A stretch of DNA of 64,000 nucleotides, taken from Candidatus Thalassarchaeum sp. (GTDB lineage Archaea; Thermoplasmatota; Poseidoniia; Poseidoniales; Thalassarchaeaceae). The notes under the pieces were generated by a model. It was not told the origin of the DNA. It made no database searches and saw nothing but the letters and a program-made list of their open reading frames with translations. Shown here piece by piece: positions 36,400-45,779 of this stretch. Each line of letters begins with the position of its first letter. Positions within the stretch are counted from its first letter, which is position 1. Position numbers and translations under genes: made by a program. The stretch covers positions 14,211 through 78,210 of the forward strand of contig JAKURL010000001.1 in the NCBI GenBank assembly GCA_022449345.1, given 5' to 3'.

Positions 36400-36785
36400 C
36401 ACTCATCGCCTCCCTCTTCTGATTCAGCTTCGGATTCCTCTTCTTCTTCTGGAGCGGCTTCCTCAGCAACTGGTTCTGGAGCTGCAGGCTTCTCAACCTC
36501 GCCAGGTGAATGAATAGCCTTGTGGCGGTTGTGGACAAATTCTGGCTCAACTGTTGCGGCCTCGGCGTCGCCGTAGATTAGGGCAATACCAGTAGTCTGT
36601 GGTCTACCATATCGTGTGTTTACCTCTTTGACAAATGTGAGTTCTTTCTTGGAGCCTGGTTCGGCCTTTGCTGCAGCCGCGACCATATCAGAAAGAGTAG
36701 GTGTAGCCTCTTTGGAATGCTCCCAACGGAAACTCATCTCAACTCTGTTAAGCAATGGATTCTCTTTTCTTTCGATTATTTCCAT
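36399..36785 (-). CDS. rps24e: 30S ribosomal protein S24e with acidic tail
   Basis: MEIIERKENPLLNRVE, TPT, and TRYG...TTG.A.IY motifs. Confidence 0.95.
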   Translation of the reverse strand: MEIIERKENPLLNRVEMSFRWEHSKEATPTLSDMVAAAAKAEPGSKKELTFVKEVNTRYGRPQTTGIALIYGDAEAATVEPEFVHNRHKAIHSPGEVEKPAAPEPVAEEAAPEEEEESEAESEEGGDE

Positions 36786-36798
36786 TTCTAGTTCCTCC

Positions 36799-37014
36799 TT
36801 AACGGATATTCACTTTCAGAGCATAAGAACCTGGGTCGTTTATATTCAATCTCTGCGCAACTTCCGAGCGCTCAGGGTGCATGATAACTACGTAACCCGA
36901 CCAGTCGGTAGTGACTGGAGCGGATGGGCAATGAATGCATTGTGGAGGGTCGCTCTTCTTCTCAGGATCTGGAAGAATCCTATTACATTCACCACAAGCA
37001 AAGGACTTAGGCAT
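36799..37014 (-). CDS. spt4: Transcription elongation factor Spt4 (RpoE'')
   Basis: ACGEC...CIHC, DWSGYVVI..PE.SEVA..L.I..PG.YALKV. Confidence 0.93.
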   Translation of the reverse strand: MPKSFACGECNRILPDPEKKSDPPQCIHCPSAPVTTDWSGYVVIMHPERSEVAQRLNINDPGSYALKVNIR

Positions 37015-37016
37015 AC

Positions 37017-37565
37017 TTAGTCACCTCTAGTTAGCCAATCGTGAGCACCTAGGCCGGCCATCTTGCAATTCAAACCAATCTTGCTTGAACGTGGGTCGTT
37101 TTGGTTGATGGCCTTGGATACGATTCGAGAACGGACATAGGATCCCTCCTCGATGTGCTTTCCGGTTTGTGAGCCCTCGATTCTACGGATACCCATGTTT
37201 ACTTGTACAGGCTCATCAAGAATCTGTGACTTGTGAAGCAGGGCTTCGATTGGACCAATTCGCACGAATGCGCCATATTCAGACACCTCAGAAACCGCAC
37301 CGTCAACAACCTCGTTTGCCTCCATGGTAAAGTGAAGGGCCTTGAAGCGGACTCTCTGATAAATTGCCCCATCTCCGTGGATTATCTTTCCACGACCTAC
37401 AGTTTCGTGGTCATAGGTTAGCAGTGTGTAGTTTTCGTCTTCGTCGAATCGACCCTCAAAAGCTGCATGGGCCAACTCGTCGATGTGGTCCTCCAACTTG
37501 CGCCCCTTGCGGATATATTCCGCTGGGATTCTGATGGTATCCTCCATTGTTACTAGGCTGTACAT
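37017..37565 (-). CDS. rpoE: RNA polymerase subunit E' (Rpo7)
   Basis: GKIIHGDGAIY, S1 domain YGAFVRIGPIEALLHKSQI, KIGLNCKMAGLG. GGAGG SD 7 nt before ATG. Confidence 0.95.
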   Translation of the reverse strand: MYSLVTMEDTIRIPAEYIRKGRKLEDHIDELAHAAFEGRFDEDENYTLLTYDHETVGRGKIIHGDGAIYQRVRFKALHFTMEANEVVDGAVSEVSEYGAFVRIGPIEALLHKSQILDEPVQVNMGIRRIEGSQTGKHIEEGSYVRSRIVSKAINQNDPRSSKIGLNCKMAGLGAHDWLTRGD

Positions 37566-37577
37566 TCGGTTTCCTCC

Positions 37578-37672
37578 AATCGCCGGACCGCTCCGAGGTC
37601 AGTCAGAGGAAAGGCAGGTTAACCCTCCCGTCCCTCATCGGCTGTGCCTCCAGAGGAGAGGTCCGTGCGATT
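37578..37672 (-). ncRNA. Structured leader/sRNA: 95-nt hairpin containing a C/D-type kink-turn
   Basis: Nested pairings read by hand: AATCGC/GCGATT, CGGACC/GGTCCG, CTCC/GGAG, GAGG/CCTC, CAG/CTG, then GATGAGGGA/TTCCTCTGA with tandem G.A pairs. Confidence 0.65.
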
Positions 37673-37822
37673 CGCCGACCTGCGACGCTCCTATAAGCAC
37701 AACGGATGAGTCAATGCGACAGAATTACTCTCGGCGATGTAGAAAGTATGCTCAGACCGTAGGTCTGAATGAGAGTATACCCCTAACCTTCAAGTGGCTC
37801 GGAAAGCGCAAGTTCGACCCTG

Positions 37823-40800
37823 ATGAGTATGCTGAGTCAGAGTTTCAGTGCTTCTGAGAAGCGCGGAGCATTACTGGCGATAGTTTGCTTGTTGCTACTT
37901 TCTCTGTCTCCATTAATGCTTTCAAACTCGAATTCGAACCGTAATTTGAGCGATTCAGAGGGGGAAATCGCATTTACGGGCGTTGTTGAGCCTTGGGTGG
38001 ATGGTGGACAACCCTGGCCTCAACCAGGAAGAATTGGCCAAAGGACCTCCCAAGGCCCAGCTCACTCACCTGATGGAGGAGCGGGGGCTGGTGCGCCGAG
38101 TAATGCAAGTGAATTGGCATCTGTAGTAGACCCTGTTGTAAATTGGGTATACGGAACTTATTCGATAGGTAGCGATGCACTAGGCACTCCGGTAGCAGAT
38201 TTCAGTACCCAGATAGTAACCGATGATGCGGCTAGTGGGAGGTGTGGCGAGGATTCGTTATTCCTCGTACTTGTTCAAACCGAGGTCGTTGGAGGGAATG
38301 ACCACAGCGTTGTCAAAATAATCGAAGGAGAAGATGCAGATCTCGCTTGGGAGGTTGATTTGGGGGGTACGGAGATTGTCAAAGCCTCTCCCGTTATTGT
38401 CGACCTTGATGATGATGGAATGCAGGAGATCATTATTGTTTACGATGCTGGTAGCACGTTGTATGTAGATGCTTACTCTCCACGACTACACTGTTCGGTA
38501 ACTGGCTGGTCACCCGGGGGGTCGAAAAGTGCAGAATTGCTCTGGACCTACAGTGATGATGGGCTGCGAATTAGCAGTACAAATGGCCCATACACTTCGT
38601 CCATTTGGGGAGGCCACAGACCAACAACACAACCATTGCTTGCTGACTTAGATCTTGATGGTGATGCTGAATTAGTACTTGCAGCTATTGATGATAACGA
38701 GAATCCAGTGGTAGTGGCATTGCCTTTGACCGCAAACGGAGTTCCGACTCCAATTTGGCAATCGACCTTAGAGGATGGAACACACCCCTCCGATCCATCA
38801 TTCGCTCAAGTTGACGACCAAACCGCCTACGTTCTCTTGACAACAACCCAATCCTCTAGTGGGGCAATGTGGGTTTGGAAATTAGATTCTGTATCTGGAG
38901 ACCAACTATGGTCTCTGAGTCTATCCAATTTAGATGGCGATTCTGATGTCCCCCACATCCGATTGCCAGGTCCTGTTATCGCTAACTTAGATTCAGACGC
39001 CACTCCTGAAATGATAATTACAATCCCGACTGACGCTGATGGTTCGAATACCGTGGATGGTGCGGAATTCAGAGGTTTGGAGATTGATGATGGAAGTGAG
39101 ATTTGGTCATTTGAGGCGGTAAATGGATACGCGGATGCCCCCCCTCTTGCAATAGATACCGATGAAGATGGCGAAATCGATCGGGTCTGTTGGGTATCAT
39201 GGTATCAAGAGACTACTGCAAGACACGGACATGCTGGTTGTCATGATGTTTCAGGAAACAGCCCCCAACTCGATTGGTATAACGACTTAGAACAATCCAG
39301 TGGAGTGCCTAACGACGAGATTGCTGTCGCACAACCAATTTGGATGGACATCGATGGTAGCGGCACGCCTGAAGTATTGGTGGCGTATGGCAGAACTCTT
39401 TGGGCATGGGATGGAGATACTGGAACTCAAGCAGCAATTAACGACAATTGGAACGATGAGGTTGAAGTTGATCACCGCACTTGGTCCTCTCCAGCTCTAG
39501 CCGATGTCGATGGAGATGCTACCTTAGACATCGTGCTTGCTGACACCATAATTTCCACCGCGATCGCTGACGTTAGACCCTTGCTTGATGGACGTGCTAT
39601 TGAATTCAATCCAAGCGCACCAGACCCTGATGAAGAAGTGACCATTACAGCTTTCTTTGAAAATGCGGGAACCACCGATGTAGACAGAGCAGTAGATGCA
39701 GTACTCTATGCCGACGGTACAGAGATTGCTCGCCACCGTGCAAACACCCTAGAACCTACAGATCCAACCGGTTCAGCAGGATTCGAATCTTTTTCCGTAG
39801 ATTGGTCTGGTGGGCTCGGTGAATATTCCTTTGAATTGGTTCTAGACCCTTACCAAAACGTAACTCAATCACGCTACGACAACGATGCTCAATCAACCAC
39901 TTTGACGATAGTTCCACCTTACAACGCTACATTTGAGATGCCTACAAATCCGGTCAGAGTGAATCCCGGAGACTCCACCATCGGCCAGCCAACTGTTCGC
40001 TCGACAGGTCGTCTTGCTGGTGTTTGGAGTTTATCAGTAGATGCTAGCAATTTGCCTTCTGGATGGACTTGGAGCGACGAGACACCAGAAGGAATTACAT
40101 CCATTGAGATCGGTACTGATGCAACCTGGACCCCTTCACTGAGAATTCATGCGCCGACCGACGCTGAAGGTTCAGACGCAGGATACCTCACACTTACCCT
40201 TACTCTGGACGATAACGAGAATGTTAGCGTCAGCGGAGTGTTGCCGATTGAAGCAAATCGGACTAGAGGACTCTCGATTAGAGGACCCTCCGGTACAACT
40301 GCGAGCACTGGCTACGGCCTAATTGGAGAATCTGCGAAGGCATGGCTGATTGTGGAGAACCTAGGCAATGCTGATGAAAACTCAATCTCAATGTACTGGG
40401 ATAGTACATCATGGGATTCGGCTGAAAATAGTCTTACTTTGTATGATGAAAATGGAAATGAGATTCCTGCTTTGACGCTGGATTCGGGAGAGCAGAAAGC
40501 CATCTCCGCTAGACTTGGGGTGCCCTCTGATGCTTCGCTAGGCGAAAGTGTATCTACGCCTCTCACAATGTGTGTTGGTAGTGGCGAAGAAGAAGACTGT
40601 CAGACTGTACAATTACAATTCATCGCTACTGGAGTTGTGACCGAAACTGACCATCAACGTAGCATGCCGGAGAATACCCTGCAATGGGATGTTATCGCTG
40701 ACTTGCCGGCATCTACTGGAGTGTTGGATTGGAAGATTTCTGATGCCGGAATGGCAATTGAAGATTGGATTTGGTCCGGCTCGGGGTCTGTGGCAGTAAA

Positions 40801-43471
40801 TGGCGATGATATCACAATACAGGGAATACCAGGATCTAGAGTCACTGGAATTCTGTCTGCTGAACTTCCAGTTGACGCCCCTCCTGCATTCCATTCCTTC
40901 TCCGACTCTAGTAGTTTAGGATCTGATTATTCTATACGTCTATCTGTTGAGGTATTGCAGATTTACAGGTCTTCACTAACTTTGGTGTCACCGACCGAAT
41001 CTCCACATCTGGTTGAAGTTGAGGAATCTATATCGGCCACGGTTCGATTATACAATCCGGGCAATGGGGAAGATACCTATGTCATGTCCCATTCAATAAT
41101 CCTCGACGATAATCTAACCGAAGACCCAGGCATACAAGTTACCTTCAGTAACTCCAGAGTCACCCTCGGTGCCGGTAGTTTGAGAACCCTACCCGTTGAG
41201 ATAATCCTACCGGATACCACACCAGCAAGAACCGCAGTGAATATTGAAATCTTCATGACTTCCGAAGGAGATTCTACAATTTCAGACTCAGTAATCCTAA
41301 CTCTAGAAGCAAGGCAAGATCATCGTTGGGATATTGTACTCTATTCACCCTTAGGGCCGGTTGAAGGCAACACCTTTGCAGTCAATCCGGGTGACTCATT
41401 TATTGTAGGAATCAATGCCACAAATACTGGTAATTTAGATGATGATATTTCGGTTTCCGGAATAGGTGTTCTTAGCCACCAAGGTTCGGATACGGAAACT
41501 GGTTGGGGTATCTTCGGAGATAATGTGTCGGCGATTCAGGTTAATGATTCCACCATACTGGAATTGGTTGTAGAAGTGCCCTTGGGTGCATGGAATGGAA
41601 CTACCTACCAAGTAAATGGATCAATAGTTGCCTTTGATGTCGAAGTTTACACATTCACATTCACAATCGAAGTTGCGCATGTTGCTGGTTGGAATGCTAT
41701 AGCCTCTGATGCTGATTTAGAGATTGACCCCTCTGGCTCAACCGTATCTCTTACAGTCGTACAAGAAGGAAATTCTCCAACTAGACCATACGTCAGTGTC
41801 CAAGTCGACGGTGAAATAGGTTGGGTAGTAGAAACACCAGACGAATTGCCAATCCTAGACCCCGGAGGCACAGCAACACTCGATTTGCAAATCACCCCAC
41901 CATCTACAGCAAGACATGGAAGGACTGTTGAGCTACACGTCAGATTGAGAGAAGGAGATGGTAGTAGCGAGGCGACGATTACACTACCACTAAGGGTTGC
42001 CGTTATCCATGAGTTCAGCCTTCAAGGAACAGGAAATTGGATTGTATCAGACGATGGAGGTTATCCACATGCAGAATTACAAAATTTAGGTAACGCTCCG
42101 ACAACAATTTCTCTTGAAGTTCTGAGTCTCCCTCAAGGTTGGAATGTTTCAGGTCCGAATCAAGTAGTAATTGCAGTAGGTGAAGTAACCGGCGTTCCAT
42201 TAGAGGTTATTCCATCCCCAGATTGGGACGGTGCATCTAGAACAATCAGAATATTAGCTCAAGATGAAGCAGGTAATCAAAGAGAAATATCTCTTGACAC
42301 TCAATACGAAGATCACTCATGGGCATCTTCTCCAATTATCGTCTCAATGGAAGGAGATAGCGTTCTACTCGAAATACATGGAACCTCACCTGCTTCTTCG
42401 GTGGTCGATGATATTCAGTCGAGTTTGGAATGGGATTTGCAAGGAGGCTGGGTTTGGCAGGCAAGCGGAACATCACCCGGTAGCCAATTGACAATAGATT
42501 CAGATTCAGTTCTCCCATACACAGCCTATGTAATCGAACCAGCGCTTAGGTACGCAACCTGCTCAATAACAGGAACCTCGGTTTCCGTCCAAGCAGAATG
42601 TACGGTAGGAAATGGCACCAACCCCTTCAGTTATACTGTGATTCTAATCGGCGATCAAGGTATGATGTTAGACTCATATGAGGGGGATTTGGAAGCAAAT
42701 ACAACCTCTGGCCAAATTAACCTAAGCGCCTCAGCTTGGAATCCTGAACCAGGTATGAGAACTCTAATTATTCGACTCTTGGATGAAAGGGGGGTATTGG
42801 TGGCATCTGACGAAACCTCATTTGAAATTCGAAGAACTGATTGGAATGTTGGTTTAGTCGGTTTAGAATTGGAGGGAGAGGGAGCAACTCAGAAAATTAA
42901 GGTATTAACAAAGAGAGAATACCATCACCTCTTGACCGATGCAGATTGTAGCATTTCGGTGATTGCCGGCTCGCATAGCGCGACCCATTCGATTGATTTC
43001 TCTGGAATATATCCGCCTGAACCCAAGTTGGATAGGCCATCACTTGAAGATGCAGCAGATGGGGCAGAGATGGTAGTCACCATTCAATGTGCATTCCCAT
43101 GGGATCAAGATTCAGATGCCAGCGATAATGAGGCCAGATTGATTCTATCAGGTGGTTCAGTAAACACCGAAGATGGCTTTGAATGGGGCACAGCTACCGG
43201 TTCCGCTGTTCTCGTTATTGCACTAGCATTAACCTTGACTTGGATTCTTTACAACCAACGTGAACGCAGGAAATTGTTGGATATGACCGAATCAGTCCTA
43301 AGCAAGAAAAAGCAGGAATCTGATTTGCCTCAATCAACACCTTCTTCTGAAATATCTCAGCCAACAAGTGAGTCGATTAGTAGCGAAGCTGCTGAGGAAT
43401 CTCCTGACATTGTAGAGAGAGAGTTGGACGACTTCGAGAACAGGTTGAAGCGTTTGACCGGTGACGACTGA
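37823..43471 (+). CDS. Large (1882 aa) surface protein: FG-GAP/PQQ-like propeller, CARDB, multiple NEW3/Ig-like domains, C-terminal TM
   Basis: Signal/TM at the N-terminus; DLDDDG, DLDLDG, DIDGSG and DVDGD blade motifs; repeated x-N-x-G-N-x-x-D modules; TM SAVLVIALALTLTWILY. Confidence 0.85.
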   Translation: MSMLSQSFSASEKRGALLAIVCLLLLSLSPLMLSNSNSNRNLSDSEGEIAFTGVVEPWVDGGQPWPQPGRIGQRTSQGPAHSPDGGAGAGAPSNASELASVVDPVVNWVYGTYSIGSDALGTPVADFSTQIVTDDAASGRCGEDSLFLVLVQTEVVGGNDHSVVKIIEGEDADLAWEVDLGGTEIVKASPVIVDLDDDGMQEIIIVYDAGSTLYVDAYSPRLHCSVTGWSPGGSKSAELLWTYSDDGLRISSTNGPYTSSIWGGHRPTTQPLLADLDLDGDAELVLAAIDDNENPVVVALPLTANGVPTPIWQSTLEDGTHPSDPSFAQVDDQTAYVLLTTTQSSSGAMWVWKLDSVSGDQLWSLSLSNLDGDSDVPHIRLPGPVIANLDSDATPEMIITIPTDADGSNTVDGAEFRGLEIDDGSEIWSFEAVNGYADAPPLAIDTDEDGEIDRVCWVSWYQETTARHGHAGCHDVSGNSPQLDWYNDLEQSSGVPNDEIAVAQPIWMDIDGSGTPEVLVAYGRTLWAWDGDTGTQAAINDNWNDEVEVDHRTWSSPALADVDGDATLDIVLADTIISTAIADVRPLLDGRAIEFNPSAPDPDEEVTITAFFENAGTTDVDRAVDAVLYADGTEIARHRANTLEPTDPTGSAGFESFSVDWSGGLGEYSFELVLDPYQNVTQSRYDNDAQSTTLTIVPPYNATFEMPTNPVRVNPGDSTIGQPTVRSTGRLAGVWSLSVDASNLPSGWTWSDETPEGITSIEIGTDATWTPSLRIHAPTDAEGSDAGYLTLTLTLDDNENVSVSGVLPIEANRTRGLSIRGPSGTTASTGYGLIGESAKAWLIVENLGNADENSISMYWDSTSWDSAENSLTLYDENGNEIPALTLDSGEQKAISARLGVPSDASLGESVSTPLTMCVGSGEEEDCQTVQLQFIATGVVTETDHQRSMPENTLQWDVIADLPASTGVLDWKISDAGMAIEDWIWSGSGSVAVNGDDITIQGIPGSRVTGILSAELPVDAPPAFHSFSDSSSLGSDYSIRLSVEVLQIYRSSLTLVSPTESPHLVEVEESISATVRLYNPGNGEDTYVMSHSIILDDNLTEDPGIQVTFSNSRVTLGAGSLRTLPVEIILPDTTPARTAVNIEIFMTSEGDSTISDSVILTLEARQDHRWDIVLYSPLGPVEGNTFAVNPGDSFIVGINATNTGNLDDDISVSGIGVLSHQGSDTETGWGIFGDNVSAIQVNDSTILELVVEVPLGAWNGTTYQVNGSIVAFDVEVYTFTFTIEVAHVAGWNAIASDADLEIDPSGSTVSLTVVQEGNSPTRPYVSVQVDGEIGWVVETPDELPILDPGGTATLDLQITPPSTARHGRTVELHVRLREGDGSSEATITLPLRVAVIHEFSLQGTGNWIVSDDGGYPHAELQNLGNAPTTISLEVLSLPQGWNVSGPNQVVIAVGEVTGVPLEVIPSPDWDGASRTIRILAQDEAGNQREISLDTQYEDHSWASSPIIVSMEGDSVLLEIHGTSPASSVVDDIQSSLEWDLQGGWVWQASGTSPGSQLTIDSDSVLPYTAYVIEPALRYATCSITGTSVSVQAECTVGNGTNPFSYTVILIGDQGMMLDSYEGDLEANTTSGQINLSASAWNPEPGMRTLIIRLLDERGVLVASDETSFEIRRTDWNVGLVGLELEGEGATQKIKVLTKREYHHLLTDADCSISVIAGSHSATHSIDFSGIYPPEPKLDRPSLEDAADGAEMVVTIQCAFPWDQDSDASDNEARLILSGGSVNTEDGFEWGTATGSAVLVIALALTLTWILYNQRERRKLLDMTESVLSKKKQESDLPQSTPSSEISQPTSESISSEAAEESPDIVERELDDFENRLKRLTGDD

Positions 43472-43488
43472 ATGCCGGAGTTGGACTT

Positions 43489-44112
43489 ATGCGCCGCTAC
43501 ATCCCTCCTAGTCCATTCTATACCTTTGAACCATTACGTCATGACCCCTTAGTGATAATTCCATTAATCCAATCTTCACAAGGTGGAGATCATTCAGAAA
43601 TTAAGGAAATTGAAGGTGTTCCTTCCTCAATTCTTGAATTAGTTGAAGGAGAAAATCCTCCAATGGACCCTGCAATGATGCTATTTATTTGTGGAATTGC
43701 TTGGAAAAGCGAGGGGGGTATGTTGGAATCCCTAGACAAAGGTGTGAGCAGAGAACGCATCGGCCGATTTCCAGTTGAAGGCGGCAATGCGATAGAATAC
43801 CTACTCAATCATACAATCGAGAAGGCCGATGATGGGCTTCAGGAGTTACTTGCAAAACTTACTCTAGGTCTAGATGAAGAGTTTCTAGGTGAAAGTGGAT
43901 TCTCATCGGGTATTGGAGGCTTGGAATTATGCGGTTGGCTTGATCCAAAAGATGTAACCATCCTTCGTCGGGCAATCCAGAAAGGAAAATGGGCAGTTAA
44001 TCCGAACGAGCCCCTCGATGGTGGAGTAGCCGATGCTTTCAGGCACCTTACAGTTATTTTGCGAGGCGCAGAAAAGAGGCGTTGCGGCATTCTAATGCGA
44101 AAGCATGCTTGA
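43489..44112 (+). CDS. Hypothetical protein
   Basis: 207-aa ORF filling the gap; no motif recognised. Confidence 0.65.
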   Translation: MRRYIPPSPFYTFEPLRHDPLVIIPLIQSSQGGDHSEIKEIEGVPSSILELVEGENPPMDPAMMLFICGIAWKSEGGMLESLDKGVSRERIGRFPVEGGNAIEYLLNHTIEKADDGLQELLAKLTLGLDEEFLGESGFSSGIGGLELCGWLDPKDVTILRRAIQKGKWAVNPNEPLDGGVADAFRHLTVILRGAEKRRCGILMRKHA

Positions 44113-44115
44113 AAA

Positions 44116-44844
44116 TTAGACTAAGCGTAGAGCGTGAAGCCTCTCATAGATTGGCATTACTTCTTGCAAGACTGATTCATGTTCATCCGAAAGTTCACCC
44201 AATCGGAGTTGATACTCGGCAAATCCTGTCGATTTCCAAACGGAATCATACCAGTGATGGGCCCAATTTCCATCACAATCCTTTGGACCTGCTTTCCAAC
44301 TCAGCATAGATTGATCGAACGGAATTTCTAATGATGCACAAATTTTCTGCAACATGGAATTAGGGTCTAGAAGGATATCTTTCGCATCAACGATAATCAA
44401 TGGGCTATTGGATTCTAAAACCCTATCGATGATTATGGCTTGTTGAGGGAGTCCAGTAGCCCATGCATCTACCACTTCCGTTTTCTTGGCTAAGGAAAGT
44501 AAGACCTCGCGTGGATTCCTAATTAGAAAGCAATTAGTCAACAATTCTATCCAATGCAATTCCATTCCTTCGATTATGTGATGACACATGTGTTTTTGAT
44601 ACCAAATATCCGAACCGTCTGGAGAATTCGAAGTTAATTTCTCAACGATCTTTCTCCAATCGGTTTCTCCTTCATTTATGACCTCGCTGGCACTTGGGTG
44701 TTGAATTCCAGTTGCGAATAGATAGTGAGAATACAATGGCTCGTCACTACAATAGGTGTCAGACCTAGAATGGAATGAATACATCATGGCAGTGGAAATA
44801 TTTCGTGGACCAGACCACATTGCGATTCGTTTGGTTTCAGACAT
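44116..44844 (-). CDS. Sulfotransferase-like P-loop protein (BCAT-like-associated type)
   Basis: MWSGPRNISTAMMYSF, DEPLY, QKHMCHH, FLIRNP and W..HWY..V..STGF motifs. Confidence 0.8.
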   Translation of the reverse strand: MSETKRIAMWSGPRNISTAMMYSFHSRSDTYCSDEPLYSHYLFATGIQHPSASEVINEGETDWRKIVEKLTSNSPDGSDIWYQKHMCHHIIEGMELHWIELLTNCFLIRNPREVLLSLAKKTEVVDAWATGLPQQAIIIDRVLESNSPLIIVDAKDILLDPNSMLQKICASLEIPFDQSMLSWKAGPKDCDGNWAHHWYDSVWKSTGFAEYQLRLGELSDEHESVLQEVMPIYERLHALRLV

Positions 44845-45753
44845 TCAATCACCACATTGGCTCTTGATTAATTCAATGTAGAGATTCTGAAGATGTTCAG
44901 TCATCGGGCCCCGTTTACCTTCACTCATCGGCTCACCATCGTACCTTACTACAGGTGTTAATCCTGCAAATGTACCAGTTACGAAAGCTTCGTCAGCTGT
45001 CCTAACATCCTCCGTAGTGAAATCTTTCTCAAAGCAAGCAATTCCATTCGCTTTACATAGATCTATAATTTTCCTTCGTGTTATCCCATCGAGACAATAT
45101 TCACCAGTTGAAGTCCACACTTCGCCACTTTTAACGATGAAAAAGTGGGTCGAATTACAAGTCGAAACATTTCCGTTGGGATCGAGCATTAGTCCCTCGT
45201 CCCCCCCTTTTCGTTTTGCATCTAAACAGCCTGCAATGCAATTGTGCTTTGACAGACTGTTGATTCTAGGGTCCTGAGCATTTTGTGGACCTCTGATTAC
45301 ATCTACAGTAACCAAACTGATTCCTTCGATTGCTCTTTGTGGATTGGCCCTCTTATTCTCAGGTATGATGACGATTGTTGGAGGACTCGATACAACCCAT
45401 GGGGCTTGGTATGGGGTCGGTTTCAATCCACGTGTTACAATTAATCGAATGTGTACCTGATCGAACATTTCGTTGGCAGAAACCACTTCCTGGATTCGAC
45501 CAATCAATTCCTGACGAGAAATCGAGATTTCCAACCCAATTACATCGGCACCGTGCCATAACCTATCGAGGTGGTCTTCGATGAATACGAGGTTACCGTG
45601 GTGTAAACGGAAAGCCTCCCAAACTCCGTCGCCCAGAAGGAAGCCGCCATCCATGACTGAAATCTTGGCTTCGGGTCGACGAAACAATTCACCATCAATC
45701 GATATCCAGACATTCGCGTTGCGAGGGTCGCCAGTGTATTCGTGAGTACCCAC
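44845..45753 (-). CDS. Class IV (fold-type IV) PLP aminotransferase
   Basis: GDGVWE, HLDRL, SLSKHN (PLP Lys), L.GITR and EAFVTGT motifs. Confidence 0.9.
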   Translation of the reverse strand: MGTHEYTGDPRNANVWISIDGELFRRPEAKISVMDGGFLLGDGVWEAFRLHHGNLVFIEDHLDRLWHGADVIGLEISISRQELIGRIQEVVSANEMFDQVHIRLIVTRGLKPTPYQAPWVVSSPPTIVIIPENKRANPQRAIEGISLVTVDVIRGPQNAQDPRINSLSKHNCIAGCLDAKRKGGDEGLMLDPNGNVSTCNSTHFFIVKSGEVWTSTGEYCLDGITRRKIIDLCKANGIACFEKDFTTEDVRTADEAFVTGTFAGLTPVVRYDGEPMSEGKRGPMTEHLQNLYIELIKSQCGD

Positions 45754-45779
45754 GACTATTCCACGACCCTATACCCATT

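Noticed and set aside
37578-37672. K-turn hairpin as a canonical H/ACA or C/D guide RNA
   Set aside because: There is no bipartite pseudouridylation pocket and no ACA after the stem. Only 28 self-paired nt lie between the C-like and D boxes, with no C'/D'.
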